Assembly (NCBI RefSeq): GCF_006345805.1
Contig: NW_021828644.1
Coordinates: forward strand, 1-7,765
Length of the DNA: 7,765 nucleotides
From: Octopus sinensis
Lineage: Eukaryota
Direction of reading: 5' to 3'
The notes below the pieces were generated by a model, which made no database searches, was not told where the DNA came from, and worked only from the letters and a program-made list of their open reading frames with translations. The stretch's first letter is position 1. Each line of letters opens with the position of its first letter. The position numbers and the translations under genes are program-made. Positions 7,556 through 7,765 of this stretch are shown in pieces.

Positions 7556-7689
7556 CTTTCAACTAAAGGCACAAGGCATGAAATTTTGTGGCTGAGGACT
7601 AGTCGATCACACCAACTCCAGTCTTTTACTGGTATTTTATCGACCCCAAACGGATGAAAGGCAAAATCAACTTCGACAGAAATTGAACT
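7556..7689 (-). mobile_element. 5'-truncated, diverged SINE copy starting at the B box, tail type 2
   Basis: The minus strand reads agttcaatttctgtcgaagttgattttgcctttcatccgtttggggtcgataaaataccagt...caaaatttcatgccttgtgcctttagttgaaag. Confidence 0.85.
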
Positions 7690-7765
7690 AATAATAATAA
7701 TGATAATAATGGTTTCAAATTTTGTCAAAAGCGCAGCAATTTTGTCGGAGGGCACTAGTCGACCA
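7690..7765 (-). mobile_element. 3' end of another SINE copy (tail type 3) with an (ATT)n tail; runs off the window
   Basis: The minus strand reads gtcgactagtgccctccgacaaaattgctgcgcttttgacaaaatttgaaacc followed by (att)n at 7710-7690. Confidence 0.7.

Overview
Repeat-rich, almost entirely non-coding animal genomic DNA. The SINE families and microsatellite load look like octopus/coleoid cephalopod to me, but that is recall and needs a BLAST check. There is no prokaryotic system and no CRISPR array, and nearly all listed ORFs are translations of simple repeats. Supported features: (1) a dead L1/Tx1-clade LINE ORF2 fragment with a CCHC zf-RVT knuckle (1024-1497, minus strand), enclosed by two (GATA)n arrays; (2) a full-length tRNA-headed SINE (2583-2908, minus); (3) two Penelope-LTR-like modules in (TA)n, one with a degenerate but correctly folding minimal hammerhead ribozyme (3091-3126, minus); (4) a three-unit SINE concatemer bounded by a single 14-bp target-site duplication (4142-4789); (5) an inverted, tail-to-tail cluster of four more copies of that SINE family with swapped 3' tails (7337-7765); (6) a candidate terminal coding exon of a minus-strand host gene ending in a PDZ-ligand-like VTRF* (762-901). 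The most interesting observations are the TSD-bounded concatemer and the hammerhead-like motif.
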